NCBI GenBank assembly: GCA_951406725.2
Contig: OX597825.1
Coordinates: 6,696,001 to 6,760,000 of the forward strand
From: Octopus vulgaris
Taxonomy: Eukaryota
DNA length: 64,000 nucleotides
Reading direction: 5' to 3'
Below the pieces are notes generated by a model that worked only from the letters and a program-made list of their open reading frames with translations, did not search any database and was not told the DNA's origin. The position numbers and the translations under genes were made by a program. Shown here in pieces: positions 50,280 through 63,062 of this stretch; the first letter of the stretch is position 1, and the number at the start of each line of letters is the position of its first letter.

Positions 50280-50630
50280 TTAGAAACCAGAAATCTGGTT
50301 GGCAGCAGTTAGGTAATTAACTCCCTAGAATTCAAACCAGCTATGTCTAGCCAACATATTCTACCTGTTTTATGTTCACACCAACCAGATCCAGCCTCTC
50401 ACACCTTTGCTACAAATGTTATTCTAAAAATTAACAACCAGATCATCAAAATCACGAAGTTATGAGATAATCCATGATTAATTCAAAACACTGTGAATAA
50501 ATAAACATAAAATTTGACAAGCTAATCTGAATGCTAAAGGGTCAAATTGACCCCTGCACTTGACTGGGGCTTTATTCTGTCAACCCCAGAAAGTGGAAAG
50601 CAAAGTTCACTTTGGTGTAAAGAGCTGGAA
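50280..50630 (-). mobile_element. Old SINE-B interrupted by a MITE (about 50316-50545)
   Basis: MITE internal sequence with an aatgctaaaggg end, flanked by SINE-B motifs. Confidence 0.62.
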
Positions 50631-51855
50631 CAAAGGCAGTAATGTGATAGTAATAATGATCAGTAGTAGCAGTAGTAGTGGTGACAGTGGTTGTGTGGTA
50701 GTAATGGCAGAGCAAGGAAGTAATTAAAAATGCAGAAGTAATTACAAAAAAAAAACCTGAAAGTTTAAATATTTTTAAAAACTAATTTCACCCCTGCCCC
50801 AGCCATTCCATAATTTTGATGAAAATTTTCATGACTGAAAGTGTTTTGAATAAATCTCGCTCGTTTTGATACAATGTGGTTCACACCTCTCGTATGGTTT
50901 ATACTCCTTTCTGGGGTGTTAAAGAGTACAAATAAAACAAAAAAATATAAATTTCCATGCTATAATCAAGCTTTGAATGAGAATTCTAGTACAACACATT
51001 ATTAACAGGAATTAATCAAGAACAAGTGCGACATGTTTGGAATGGACGATTAATTCAGCCCATTTTCGTTAGAAATTTTCACCACTGCCATACTTGGAAT
51101 AATGTTTAACACCAAGAGTCACTGAATGGTGATGGTGATACTATTGTAGTCTTGAATGATTAAATTTTAGAAATGAAAGCAGCGTTGAAGCACAAAATTA
51201 AAATAATATCAACCAGTGTTGCCAATCATGTTGATAATGATGCCACCGAGTGACTCAAAAAGTTTTGGTTATATATTCCTTTGGAGAATCTTAGACAGAA
51301 TTTATGATTGAAAGACATATTCAGCTGAATGGAAAAAATGTATATTTATATTTCTAACTCAGATTTTCTTTCATAAATGTAAAGTTATGAAAATATGTTT
51401 AATCTGAAAGCAACAGTTATTGACATAGGCATAAGCATTTCCCTCTTTTCTATGAATGAGATAACCTACATATCATCATTTAACGCCCATTTTCTCTGCT
51501 GGCATGAGCTGGATGGTTGGACAGGAGCGGCTAGTTAGAAAATGGCATCAGGCTCCAATAGTCTGTTTTGGCATGGGTTTTATGGCTGGATACCCTTCCT
51601 AATGCCAACCTCTTTATGGAGTGGACTATATATGTGTGTGTGTGTAAGGCTGTTGCACTCATGTTAGTTAGATTGTGTGTTTGATTCCCTGACTGTGCGA
51701 TGGACATGTTGTTCCTGTCGCCTTTTTGATCAAGGGGAAATGTTAACCTGCTTGCCTGCCCAGCAGGATGGTGTCATTTGAAGGCTAAAACAGTGCAAAA
51801 GTGCACTGTGACTAGCGATATGTAACGTCTGATAACCTGATTGGCATGTAGTCAT

Positions 51856-51933
<78 letters not shown>

Positions 51934-51937
<4 letters not shown>

Positions 51938-52308
51938 CAAAAGGCCCCCCCCCCCCGTCCAATGGATGCTGCTGCGTTGTCACACATTTAAACCAAATTT
52001 TCTCAAAACAACTTGTCCAACCGTCTCATAGGCCTCCCTTTGAGAATCACTGATTTAACCTAAATTTGAGACACCAGCAAAAGAAGAAATAAAGATAGAC
52101 TTTTTTCTATTCCAAAGAAAAACGATTTTATTCACTTTATTGATTGCATTCTCACCTGGAATCGATTTTTGTAATTTTTTCAAGACTTATACATGCCCTG
52201 ATACCGTCGGCATCTACATATCAAATTTGAGCACAAATGGATGGAGGATACCCGAGATCCTAGAAGACACACAGACAGACAGACAGAACGGATTTTATAT
52301 AAGAGATG
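51934..52308 (-). mobile_element. Helitron-like non-autonomous element
   Basis: Minus strand starts a|tctcttatataaaatcc followed by (GTCT)n; partial copies at 44982-45135 and about 56580-56634. Confidence 0.55.
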
Positions 52309-52330
52309 TATGTCATCATCACCATCATCA

Positions 52331-52428
<98 letters not shown>

Positions 52429-53071
52429 CAGACAGACAGAAGAAGAGAAAGAAAGAACAAATAATAAAGATTGCATCAGTTAATGCTTGCACTCAAATCT
52501 CTGGGAGATGAAGATTCAACAATCCTGCCATCAACATTGCATTAAATACAGATAAGAACATTTTACCGTATTCTTCATTGTACTATGGACTTTATGAGCA
52601 GTACCTGTGGGAATTCCGCAGCCCATTTTCTGGTACAGTGTCAGCCATAAATATCTCTCCACTCGATAATAATATCCTGCCGTTTCCTTTATAATCCCTT
52701 CATTAATTTCCAAGAAATCTTGTCTCTTTTCTTCCCGCCTCTTTTCTCATTCTGGCTCATGTAAAATATTCTTGCCAACTATTAATATAATGGTTCACAT
52801 TTTGCCTTTTGTTTTGTTTTGATTAATGGTTCTCATTCTTTACCTGTTAGCTTTGGCGTTAATGTTCCTCATATGGTAAACTCCATTTCTTGCTTCAATT
52901 TAATTCCTTTCCTCCTGGGTAAATACTTCTTGTCAGTCATAATTCTCCTCTCTTTATTCCAAATTCTTCGACCTGTATCTTCTCTGCCCCTCTTGGTTCA
53001 ATTCTTGCTGTTGTGCTCTATGATCATTGTCCCCCACCCCCCACCCCAATTACACATTAAATTCCATTTCA

Positions 53072-53219
53072 ACATTCTGAGTTCCAATCCTGCCAAGGTT
53101 GTCTTTGCCTTTCATCCTTTTGGGGGTTGATAAAATAAGTACCAGTTGCGTACTGGGGGTCAATGTAATTGACTTACTCCATCCCCAAAACTTGCCAGCC
53201 TTGTGCCATAATTTGAAAT
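53072..53219 (+). mobile_element. 5'-truncated SINE-B
   Basis: Family motifs. Confidence 0.75.
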
Positions 53220-54377
53220 TAATATTTTAAGAAGCATTTGATGTTATGTAGTTAGTATTAGGTGTATACAGGACATACTGTTACACACATTTTACAAAGA
53301 AGTTTAGGAATACAGATATTAATATATAGATTGTTGGGAAAATCCATTTCCAGGACATACCATTATGCACATTTTACACAAAGAGTAAGTGTTTGTGTGA
53401 GTGAGACGTGTGCATGTGCCAGTAATGTTCACTTGGACCACTCTTTCTTTTTCTGTAGCACACACTTTCACCAGTATGGCAGTTTTTGTCTTTTTACACC
53501 ACAGGAATCTATTGTTCGCACTTTAATATGAAAATTGATAACCTAAGTTTGCTAATGAGTCATAAGTTAGATTTTCTTACCCTACTTTTGGCTTGTAATT
53601 TTAAACGGTCAAAAGCAAGTATTCAGTACTGCAGCATAGAAATGTGAAAAGTGACTGTTGTATATCTATAGAAGCCAGTAAATTGCTATTGGTTACCTGC
53701 AGCTTGAAGACCTCATATGACAATTTCATGTTAAAAAAGTCACAAAATTATCATATTCATACTATGTTGGGGCAAGAAGAAGAAAGCTTTTAACCATAAA
53801 TACCATGAACCATTAAATTATTAAATTATTCAAAGAACTAAAATCGTAGAACTCATGGATAGAACAGCTCGAACCATTACATTCTCTGTGTGAGAGAACA
53901 TTTGGTTATCGCTCAAGAAAGCATAAATTTTTGCATAAAAATATCACCATATAAGCTGGTTTTGCTTGCTTTTCAGAGAGACGAAAAAATACTTCCTCAT
54001 TAAATAAATGCTAACTTTTTACAAAGCCATAATATAGCCTACATTAGAGCAACATACATCAGAACATATTCATACAGTTCAACTAACTGACACACATACA
54101 CACACATTGTATCTTAAGATCTTCAGCTCAAACATAGCAAAAATGCCCGATAGGCAAACTTTTAACTCTTACAACAGAGATGAATTGCAAGTTAATAATT
54201 TGTTCAATTTTTTTTGTTCTCTAATTACAACAAAAGTTTCTGCTATTCTAAGTGTGTTAGTACGATGACAACCCTCACCTGATTCTAATTAATGCAACTA
54301 CCTCTCCATTCTTCGACGCTTCCACTGCTCCCCCCGCCATACTAATCACTAAGTGAAATCTTTGCTCTCTGGAATTA

Positions 54378-54711
54378 CCACCTTTAGTCAAGCAAATTGA
54401 ACCCAGGACTTATTCTTTGAAAGCCTAGTACTTATTCTATCAGTCTCTTTTGCTAAACCGCTAAGTTACGGAGACGTAAATACACCAGCATCGGTTGTCA
54501 AGCGATGCTGGTGGGGACAAACACAGACACACAAACACATATACATATGACGGGCTTCTTTCAGTTTCCGTCTACCAAATCCACTCACAAGGCTTTGGTC
54601 GGCCTGAAGCAATAGTAGAAGACACTTGCCCAAGGTGCCATGCAGTGGGACTGAACCCAGAACCATGTGGTTGGTAAGCAAGCTACTTACCACACAACCA
54701 CTCCTAAGCCT
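54378..54711 (-). mobile_element. SINE-A, 3'-truncated
   Basis: Family motifs. Confidence 0.86.
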
Positions 54712-55659
54712 AGAATCTGTTAAAAGTCATTAGATAACATGCTGAGTTTGAACTCTTCACCAGCTAATTTAATGTCTAGCACCTTAATCTTTCATACAGT
54801 GACTGTTCTTTAATAAATCAATGTTGCAAAATTATAAAAAAAAAGTTTTTTGCTCTACCCTGTACACAGAAATATCCTGTTAAGTTTTGACTAACAAATT
54901 CTTCAGATCTGGCAAGATTTTTCATTATTCCTGAAGCTTCCTTATTTACTCGTTTATTTTTTTCTTCTTATTTAAAAACGTACTCACTCTTCTCTAAACT
55001 TATCTGTCAGTTTCACATTAAATACCATAGAGGTTTAAACTTAACAATCAATCTCATATATCTTCAAGTCTTAAAGACTTCCCCTTCTACAATTACAAGA
55101 AAACTGTCAGTGAATGAGATACTAGAGTTGCCCAGAGATTCGTGTTAGAGTAAAATTAAATACAGGTAAGATAAGTTCTACAGTGAAATCTGAATTCAGC
55201 GTATCTGTTTCAATAAAATATTGTGTGGAGACGGATAGTAAGTCGGTGAGTGTATCTGTTTGTTGCGTGTGTGACTTATATCAATAGTTTCCTTTTAGAA
55301 TATGTTTTCATTTAATTATCATATTAGCAGCCAATGTCATCAACTGATACAGAGATGAAGTAAAGTGGGGAAAATGCAACAATGAAAGAAGATGGCAAAA
55401 AGAAGTTTGTGATATTTTGATTTTTCCACTGGGTATCATATTAGCCGACTCGGTGTATATATATCTTTTTTAATAGAAGTAAATTAGCTTTGAAATACTT
55501 CAAATAACTTCCTTTAATAATAGTTGTTCCTCTATAACATCAACTGTATTTACCATCATCACCACTTGCATACACACACACACATGCACATACGTATACA
55601 CTCATATATACATACATGCACCCCTCCCTCTATGTATAAGGCAATAAATATATAGACAC

Positions 55660-55900
55660 ATCATCATCATCGTTTAATGACTGTTTTCCAAGCTGGCATG
55701 GGTTGGACAGTTTGACTGAGGTCTGGAGAGCCAGGAAGCTGCACCAGGCTCCAATCTGATCTGGCAATGTGTCTACAGCTGGATGCCCTTCCTAATGCCA
55801 ACCACTCTGAGAATGTAGTGGGTGCTTTTTACATGACACCAGCACAGCAGCCAGTCAGGTGGGCCTGACATCGATCACATTCGAATAATGCTTTTTACAT
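55660..55900 (-). mobile_element. RTE-like 3' end
   Basis: Family motifs. Confidence 0.8.
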
Positions 55901-57271
55901 ATACATACATACATATATATATATAGTACTTATACTGAAACTAACTTATATACCCACATACAAACATAAATACATAGTGTAATGCATAAACCTAGACACC
56001 AACATACTGATGTAGACATTCATATATCTGTGCTGCACTTGATTATCAATATATGACCCTCTTCAAACCAATTAAAAGACCCTCACTGTTCAGTTATCCA
56101 CTTCTTTCCTTGTTTTCTAGGAATAACACAAGCGACCCATCATCATCATTGTCATCATGCACTACAGCTACAACACTTACCACAACTAAACAATAGCAAC
56201 GCAACAAGATCAGCCTAGGAAGTCACTCTTCAATACTATTATAGAACAATAGATGACCGATTAAACAACACAGTCCCTAGCTCTTCTCCACAGACAGGCC
56301 ACTCAAATTCTTCTCAGAATAACACAAGTGACCCATCATCACCATCCTCCTCCTATTCTACTGCTACTACTCCATTTAGTGAAGAATATTTAAGAGACCA
56401 AAAAAGTAAGATGCAAAAGAGATATTTTCTTCAAACTTGGCATGAAGGAAGGAAAGACTATTTGGTTTCTCAAAAGTTTTTTTTTGCCTTACTTTGTTTA
56501 ACAAAACCAAAAATTTTATTAAAATAAAGGCATGCTTAATTATTTTTTAATGAAAAGAAAACACTGATTGCTTTTTATTCAGCAGATATGATTCAGCACC
56601 GACCATTGGATGGGGGGGGGGAGCCTTTTGCTCATTCTACCTTATATATGTTTTTCATAATAGGGATTTATCAAAGTACCAGTAACAGATTTTTCATAGA
56701 AGCAGATCTAGCTTTAACAATATGAAAGAACGTTAACAGTTGAAGATTCCTATTTGTGCAAACTTAAGTAATTGTTATCTGTTGGAATAGAAATTATTAA
56801 ACTGTTGTCAGACCTGATAATAGAGTTAGTTCTATTCTTTACATTATCTTCAGCCACTCAGACAGCGACACCCAAGAGTTAACTGATAATTTAACTGACA
56901 TGGGGTGTGAAATAGGTTAACACATCAATACAAGTATTTGCCATAGATATCAAACAATTATCGAACCAACGATGGTGTGATGACCAGAAGCATCTACATA
57001 TCTTAACTGTTGTTTTCTATAATTACGTTAGAAGAGAATGAATGTCCAGCCAAAATACAAACCAAACAGCCCAAACAATTCAATACATAAATATTGAAGT
57101 GGAGCTTTTAATTTTCTGTTTTGAAAAATCAGTTCCAAGAATCAGGAAAAACTATTTGCAAAAGTTTCTGAATGAAGTCTTTTTGATGCTCATTTGAACA
57201 ATATTAGCCATTCTTTTATTCTTTTACTTGTTTCAGTCATTTGACTGTGGCCATGCTGGAGCACTGCCTTT

Positions 57272-57422
57272 TTACATTATTTACACTATTTACATTTGAT
57301 GGATATTTGTCCTCATCTTGTTTGTTGTTAACACAACTTTTCGGCTGATATACCCTCCACCCTTCATCAGGTATCTTGGGGAATTTCGAACCTGGGTTCT
57401 CATTCCTGAGGTATTTTTCGAA

Positions 57423-57456
<34 letters not shown>

Positions 57457-57541
57457 TCACTGCCTGGAATTGAACCCGGAATCTTGGGGTTAGTAGCTCA
57501 CGCTCTTAACCACTACACCATATGCCCGTATATAGAACTGT
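57272..57541 (-). mobile_element. Same tRNA/hammerhead element, copy 2, nested in a SINE-A copy
   Basis: Minus strand reads gggcatatggtgtagtggttaagagc...gggttcaattcc, (AAT)n, GATAC-CTGATGA-agggtg-gagggtatat-cagcc-GAAA-agtt-GTGTT, then a (tgtaaataa)-like tail. Flanked by the duplicated host motif ac(t/c)gcctttt. Confidence 0.75.
57330..57375 (-). ncRNA. Degenerate minimal type I hammerhead motif
   Basis: Core CTGATGA and GAAA are intact; stem I GATAC/GTGTT; one mismatch each in stem II and stem III relative to the consensus of the local copies. Confidence 0.5.
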
Positions 57542-58510
57542 ACCGCCTTTTTAATCAAGCAAATTGACTCCAGGACTTATTCTTTGTAAGCCTAGTACTT
57601 ATTCTATTGCTCCCTTTTGCTGAACTATTAAGTTACAGGGAGGTAAACACACCAACATCGGTTGTCAAGCGATGTTGGGGGACAAACACACACACACACA
57701 CACACATATATATAGATTACGACAAGCTTCTTTCAGTTTCTGTCAACCAAATCCACTCATGAGGCTTTGGTCGGCCTGAGGCTATAGTAGAAGACACTTT
57801 CCCAAGGTGCCATGCAGTGGGACTGAACCTGGAACCGTGTGGTTGGTAAGCAAGCTAGGGGAGGAAAGATTGATCAATAATTTGTTAGGAAAGACAATGT
57901 AAGAATGAGTGTTTGTTTAGAAAGTGTTTGGAGTTTGGATAATTTAGAAGATGAGAATCCATTATAATTTAGTTTTATAATTTCATTCACATTTAGGATT
58001 CTCTATATTTGATTCTAATACTTGATTGAAATCTATTTTAGACATCTTCGAAAGATAAAAAAAAAAGATTTTCGTCTGAAATTAGAAGAACTAGGAATGC
58101 AAAGAATTATAACTAAACACCAGAGGCATTTTATACTGCCGAGGCAATAATTTTGCCAGTGGTTGTTGTGTACTGATTAAAGAATGAATCTTTGAAAATC
58201 TGCTGAGTAGGATTTCTTTACGCAATCTAAGACATTCATGGACAGAACTGCTGCTAAACACAGCAGTTCTGTCCAAGATTTGCCAGCAATCAGGAGTTCT
58301 GTAGAGACACGGGAGCTTATCAAAGTGAAATGATTTGTTCCCTACACAGGAAGCCGAGGATTTGAGGTACAATTTTCACAAATTTTCATATATTTACAAT
58401 TCCAACTTGTTTTAGTCGTTGCAGGTTGTTGATGAAACAACACATCTGTCCCGGAACTGCTTTTTAACATACAAAAAGTGACAATTAATGTAGATTGAAA
58501 TAGTCTGCAA

Positions 58511-59067
58511 TGTGAAGGTGCATGGCTTAGTGGTTAGGGTATTTAGTTCATGAACTGGCAGAACCGTTAGCACATCGGGCGAAGTGCGTAGGCGTATTTC
58601 GTCTGCCGTTACATTCTGAGTTCAAATTTCGCTGAGGTCGACTTTGCCTTTCATCCTTTCAGGGTCGATTAAATAAGTACCAGTTACACACTGGGGTCGA
58701 TTTAATCGACTTAATCTGTTTGTCTGTCCTTGTTTGTCCCCTTGTGGGTAGTAAAGAAATAGGTTAGGGTATTTGGTTCATGATCGTAAGGTCGTGAGTT
58801 CAATTCCAGGTGACATGTTGTGTCCTTGAGCAAGACACTTTATTTCAAGTTGCTCCAGTCCACTCACCTGGCAAAAATGTGTAGTACCTGTAATTCAAAG
58901 GGGCCAGCCTTGTCACACTCTGTGTCACACTGAATCTCCTTGAGAACTACATTAAGGATACATGTGTCTGTGGAGTACTCAGCCACTTGCATGTTAATTT
59001 CACGAGCAGGCTGTCCCGTTGATCTGATCAACTGGAACACTCGTCGTCATAACCGACGGAGTGCCAA
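58511..59067 (+). mobile_element. SINE-D with a nested SINE-B (58554-58761) and a 22-bp TSD
   Basis: TSD ggttagggtattt(a/g)gttcatga at 58532-58553 and 58762-58783; tRNA head plus a tgtgtccttgagcaagacactt core. Confidence 0.85.
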
Positions 59068-60063
59068 CAACAAAATGTCTGCAACTAGGCACCCATTGTA
59101 CCTTTACAATGAAGCATTCTAGATGACAGCACCCCTCTCTCCCACGAAAATGGTGTGGGAGTGGGTGAGGGTCATAATGTAAACAGCTGATCTAAAGATG
59201 TGATCTATAATGTGAGTGCATTGATGTGTTTTTAGATTTTTTTTGCAGGGTGGGGATGTTTCAGTGCAAGAACACTTCTTTCCTCCAAAAGGATGGAGGA
59301 ATGAGACTTATTGACACCACATTGCCTAAATGGTTGCAAAAGAGTGGTCTTCACTAGAAGCACCCAGCACAACAAATTGAGTCTACCACCCAAACATAAG
59401 AACAAATTCCTCTGATGGCTTCCACAATATCACCGTCCGGCAAATTTTACTCTTGAAGCTTTGGTCAATCCCAAACAATAGGAGATGATACTTGTTGAAA
59501 GTGCTGCATAAAGGAATCAAACCTGCATCGATATCTCACTACAAAGCAAGCGTAATAACCATCCAGCCATGATTACTATTTGGTGCCAGTACGAACCGAG
59601 AGGAACAGAAGCGTTCCAAGATAAAATTATTATCAATGGTTCAGAAGAGAATCTTTGCTTTTCTGATGCAGTCTTGACTGGATTCATGTGAAATAGAACC
59701 ATAAATTGAATTTATCCAATTCCCAAAACAGTTCTCAAACATAAATATTCCAAATGACATTCTGAACTCTAAAACCAGATTAACAAATCTGTGACTGTAC
59801 ATTGAATGACTTTCATGGTTTCACCATTCTACAAGAAGGGTTGACTTCCTTAAGGTAAATAACAACCACAAATATTCTCTCTCCTGTTATTGTAAACCAC
59901 TCAATCACAAACACAACTGCTGTATTATACATATTTCTGTCAAAACTTCAAGCATTCATTTCATTAATTTGCGATTTCTGAAGATAGAAAGCCAAAGATT
60001 TATTTCATTAACCTTTGCTTTCAGTCACTGTACTTATCTCACGTTGCAGTTCTTCTCTTCTCT

Positions 60064-60097
<34 letters not shown>

Positions 60098-61485
60098 TTC
60101 TACATTGTACCTCTCAGAGCTAGTCTAGCTTCATGGACGAAATATAAGAAAAGTAACAGAGGAACAAAGACTGGAAAGCAAAATATTCGTTATGATCGAG
60201 TGTGCTGTGAATTTAGCTAAAGCAATTTTACTTAGAAACATTAGAAGCAAGGTAAAGAAATAGATGAGCAGTAAGACACAGAGAATGTCAGATACAAAAG
60301 AACAGGAAGGAGAGAGAGAGGGGGGGAGAGGGAGGGAGAGAGAGGGGAGAGAGAGAGAGAGAGAGAAGCAAACATATATTGATTAGGAATAATTGTGGAA
60401 TACTAAGTTAAAAAGCGTCTAGATTTCATTTCCAAAATATCGAGATTGGTTTCATGACATACAAGCAACTGCCATCATTTGAATGAAAAATTTTGGAAAA
60501 ATTAATTACACCAACAGAGAATCAAGAAAAGTTAGGCGTTGATCAATAGTAGACAGAGAGAGAGAGAAGGAGAAGAAGAAGGAGAGAGGGAGAGAGAGAA
60601 AGAGAGAGAGGTCAGTCTTTGAAGAAGATAAGAATGGTCTTCAATTAAGAAATGAATGCAAATAGTATTACACACACACACACACATATACATACATATT
60701 CTGACATTTATACATACAATTATATACACATGTAGATACACAATAATATAGTTTAGATGTATGTACAAATGTGTATATGTGCATACATGTAGATATTTCC
60801 ACATTTGTATGTATGTATATATCTATGTGTGTATACATACATACATATATACATGAGCATCAATCCTTCTTGCTACTTCCAGAATATGTTTGAATACACA
60901 CACACACACACGGTCAAGTAAATAAGGACAAGTCCACATCCGCAGTATTTGTTACATGTTTGTATAAAGAGAAGGACAAGTCTACAGACCAACCAACCAA
61001 CCATATTTCTAGTAGTTGTAGCAGTATTAATAGTAAGCTGACAATAGATATTTATGGAATATGGACAATGCTGCACTGATGTCCTCCTAGCTGGCGCCAG
61101 CTTATTTACTATTCACCAAATTCACAAAGCTGAATCCAGCAATATCACTGTTTTATGATTGTTTATTGTGGAAGCATCATGTACCAGAAATATGCCAGGT
61201 TTAACAAACTCAGTGCTAAATGCTACCTCACAAACACAAAAACATATACACAGCTAATCAAAAAAAGTCTCTGTGGTAGCCTGCAAAACAAAGCAGTGAA
61301 ATTTTTTCAGACATTCATCCTACTATCTTAAAGGTTATCTTGGACAATAGAGTTCCTAGTTTACAAAACGACAGGATAATATCACAGCTAAAGTACATTT
61401 GTTCTGAGGTCAACTATGGCTAAACATGAAAACACTGTTGTAGAAAAGCAGATTGAGTTCAATCATTTGAATAATTCCTCAGTGG

Positions 61486-62420
61486 AAGGCGGCAAGCTGG
61501 CAGACTCATTGGCCATGCTGAGGAAAATGTTTAGCAGCATTTTGTTTGTCTTTACATTCAGGGTTCAAATCCTGCTAAGGTCGACTTTGCCTTTTATTCT
61601 TTCAGGGTCAATAAAAATTAGCACCAGTTAATCACAGGGGTTGATGTAACTGACTGTCCCCCAATCCCTTGCAATTGCTCACCTCGTGCCAAAATTTGAA
61701 ACTAATATTTGCTCAGTGGTTTTGAGAAAACTTTGCAGTTGGTTTCAAAAATATTGAAGACAGAACATTGCAGAACAATACATGTGATATTTGCACAATC
61801 TGTTAAAAACCAAATTTCCAATGAAGCAAGTTCTACATCACAACAATGACCATGTGTGGATGTCTGGAGATGGGCAACTGTTCCTCTATATTTCTGAAAA
61901 CTTCTTTAGTTTCATCCCAAGTGCTGACTCTTGACTTAGAGCAGTGGTTCCCAAGCTTTTTCAGGGTGCCACAGCAAACAATAGTCTGTAAATTCTGAGC
62001 ATTTAAAATGAAGAAATATCAGAAATGCAGCAAGTTTGAAGACCTTGACTGGAATCACAGAACAAAACAGAAATTTTGAAAATTCTTCTCAGTGGAAATG
62101 GTTGCAAAGAATGACTGTATTCCATACAAGTAAAAGTATTATGAGTGAAAATAGGTTTTACTTCAACCATTTGAGGTCCAATAATTATAGACATAAGCAA
62201 GGTGGTAAGCTTGCAGAATCATCATTAGCATGCCCAGGTAAATTGCTATGTGGCATTTCATCTGTCTTTATGTTCTGAGTTCAAATTCTGCAATGATTGA
62301 CTTTGCCTTTCATCCCTTTCAGAGGTCAATAAAATCAGTACCAGTTGAGCGCTGGGGTCAATGTAATTGACTTAGCCTCTACTCTGAATTTGCTGGCCTT
62401 GTGCCAAAATTGGAAACCAA
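61486..62420 (+). mobile_element. Two SINE-B copies (about 61486-61702 and 62199-62420)
   Basis: Family motifs. Confidence 0.8.
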
Positions 62421-62475
62421 TAATTATAGAGATAAATTATAAAAAATCTTCAGAAAGACATAATAATGTTCTGTA

Positions 62476-62719
62476 GTTCTATATTTGAGAGATGAGGAAT
62501 TATGTACATTATTTACATTTGATGAATATTTGTCCTGGGGGAATTTTGAACCTGGGTTCACACTCCTAAGGTATTTTTCCGATGTTATCATTATTATTAT
62601 TCAGGTCACTGCCTGGCATCAAACTTAGATGAAGGCTGGAGAGTACATCAGCCGAAACGTTGTGTTAATGACAAAAAAGATGAGGACAAATATCCATCAA
62701 ATATAAATAATGTGTATAA
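62476..62719 (-). mobile_element. Same tRNA/hammerhead element, copy 3, internally deleted
   Basis: Shares the tail, linker, a partial tRNA head and the inverted arm gatgaaggctggagagtacatcagccgaaacgttgtgtt. Confidence 0.7.
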
Positions 62720-63062
62720 TCGGGACTCCCTTCGGTCACGACACTGACCATGGGATTGCACCTAGAAAGTTACCCTCTTAGTCACAAGTCTGGGCAAGGT
62801 GGTTTATGGAAGAACAGCAGTTGCCCATGCATACTGGCCTCCCCTCTCCATGCCACCAGTGTTATCCAAGGGAAAGGCAAAGGGGCCGATACAGCTTGGC
62901 ACCTGTGACGTCGCAACTCATTTCTACAGCTGAGTGAACTGGAGCAACGTGAAATAAAGTGTCTTGCTCAAGAACACATCATGCAGCCTGGTCCAGGAAT
63001 CGAGCTCACAACCTCACGATCGTAAGATCGATGCTCTAACCACTGAGCCATGCGCCTTCACA
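62720..63062 (-). mobile_element. SINE-D-headed element with a different 3' tail
   Basis: Head gtgaaggcgcatggctcagtggttagagc..gagctcgattcc, core tcttgagcaagacactt; the tail differs from the 58.5 kb copy. Flanked by duplicated aatgtgtat. Confidence 0.78.

Larger units (their letters stand above)
57211..57857 (-). mobile_element. SINE-A hosting the hammerhead element
   Basis: SINE-A tail at 57211-57272 and body at 57542-57857. Confidence 0.85.

Noticed and set aside
58091-58372. 93-aa minus-strand ORF
   Set aside because: No Ig or other motif, non-ATG start and no clear splice boundaries.
59517-59702. CpG-containing 61-aa ORF
   Set aside because: No domain signature and no credible acceptor or donor.
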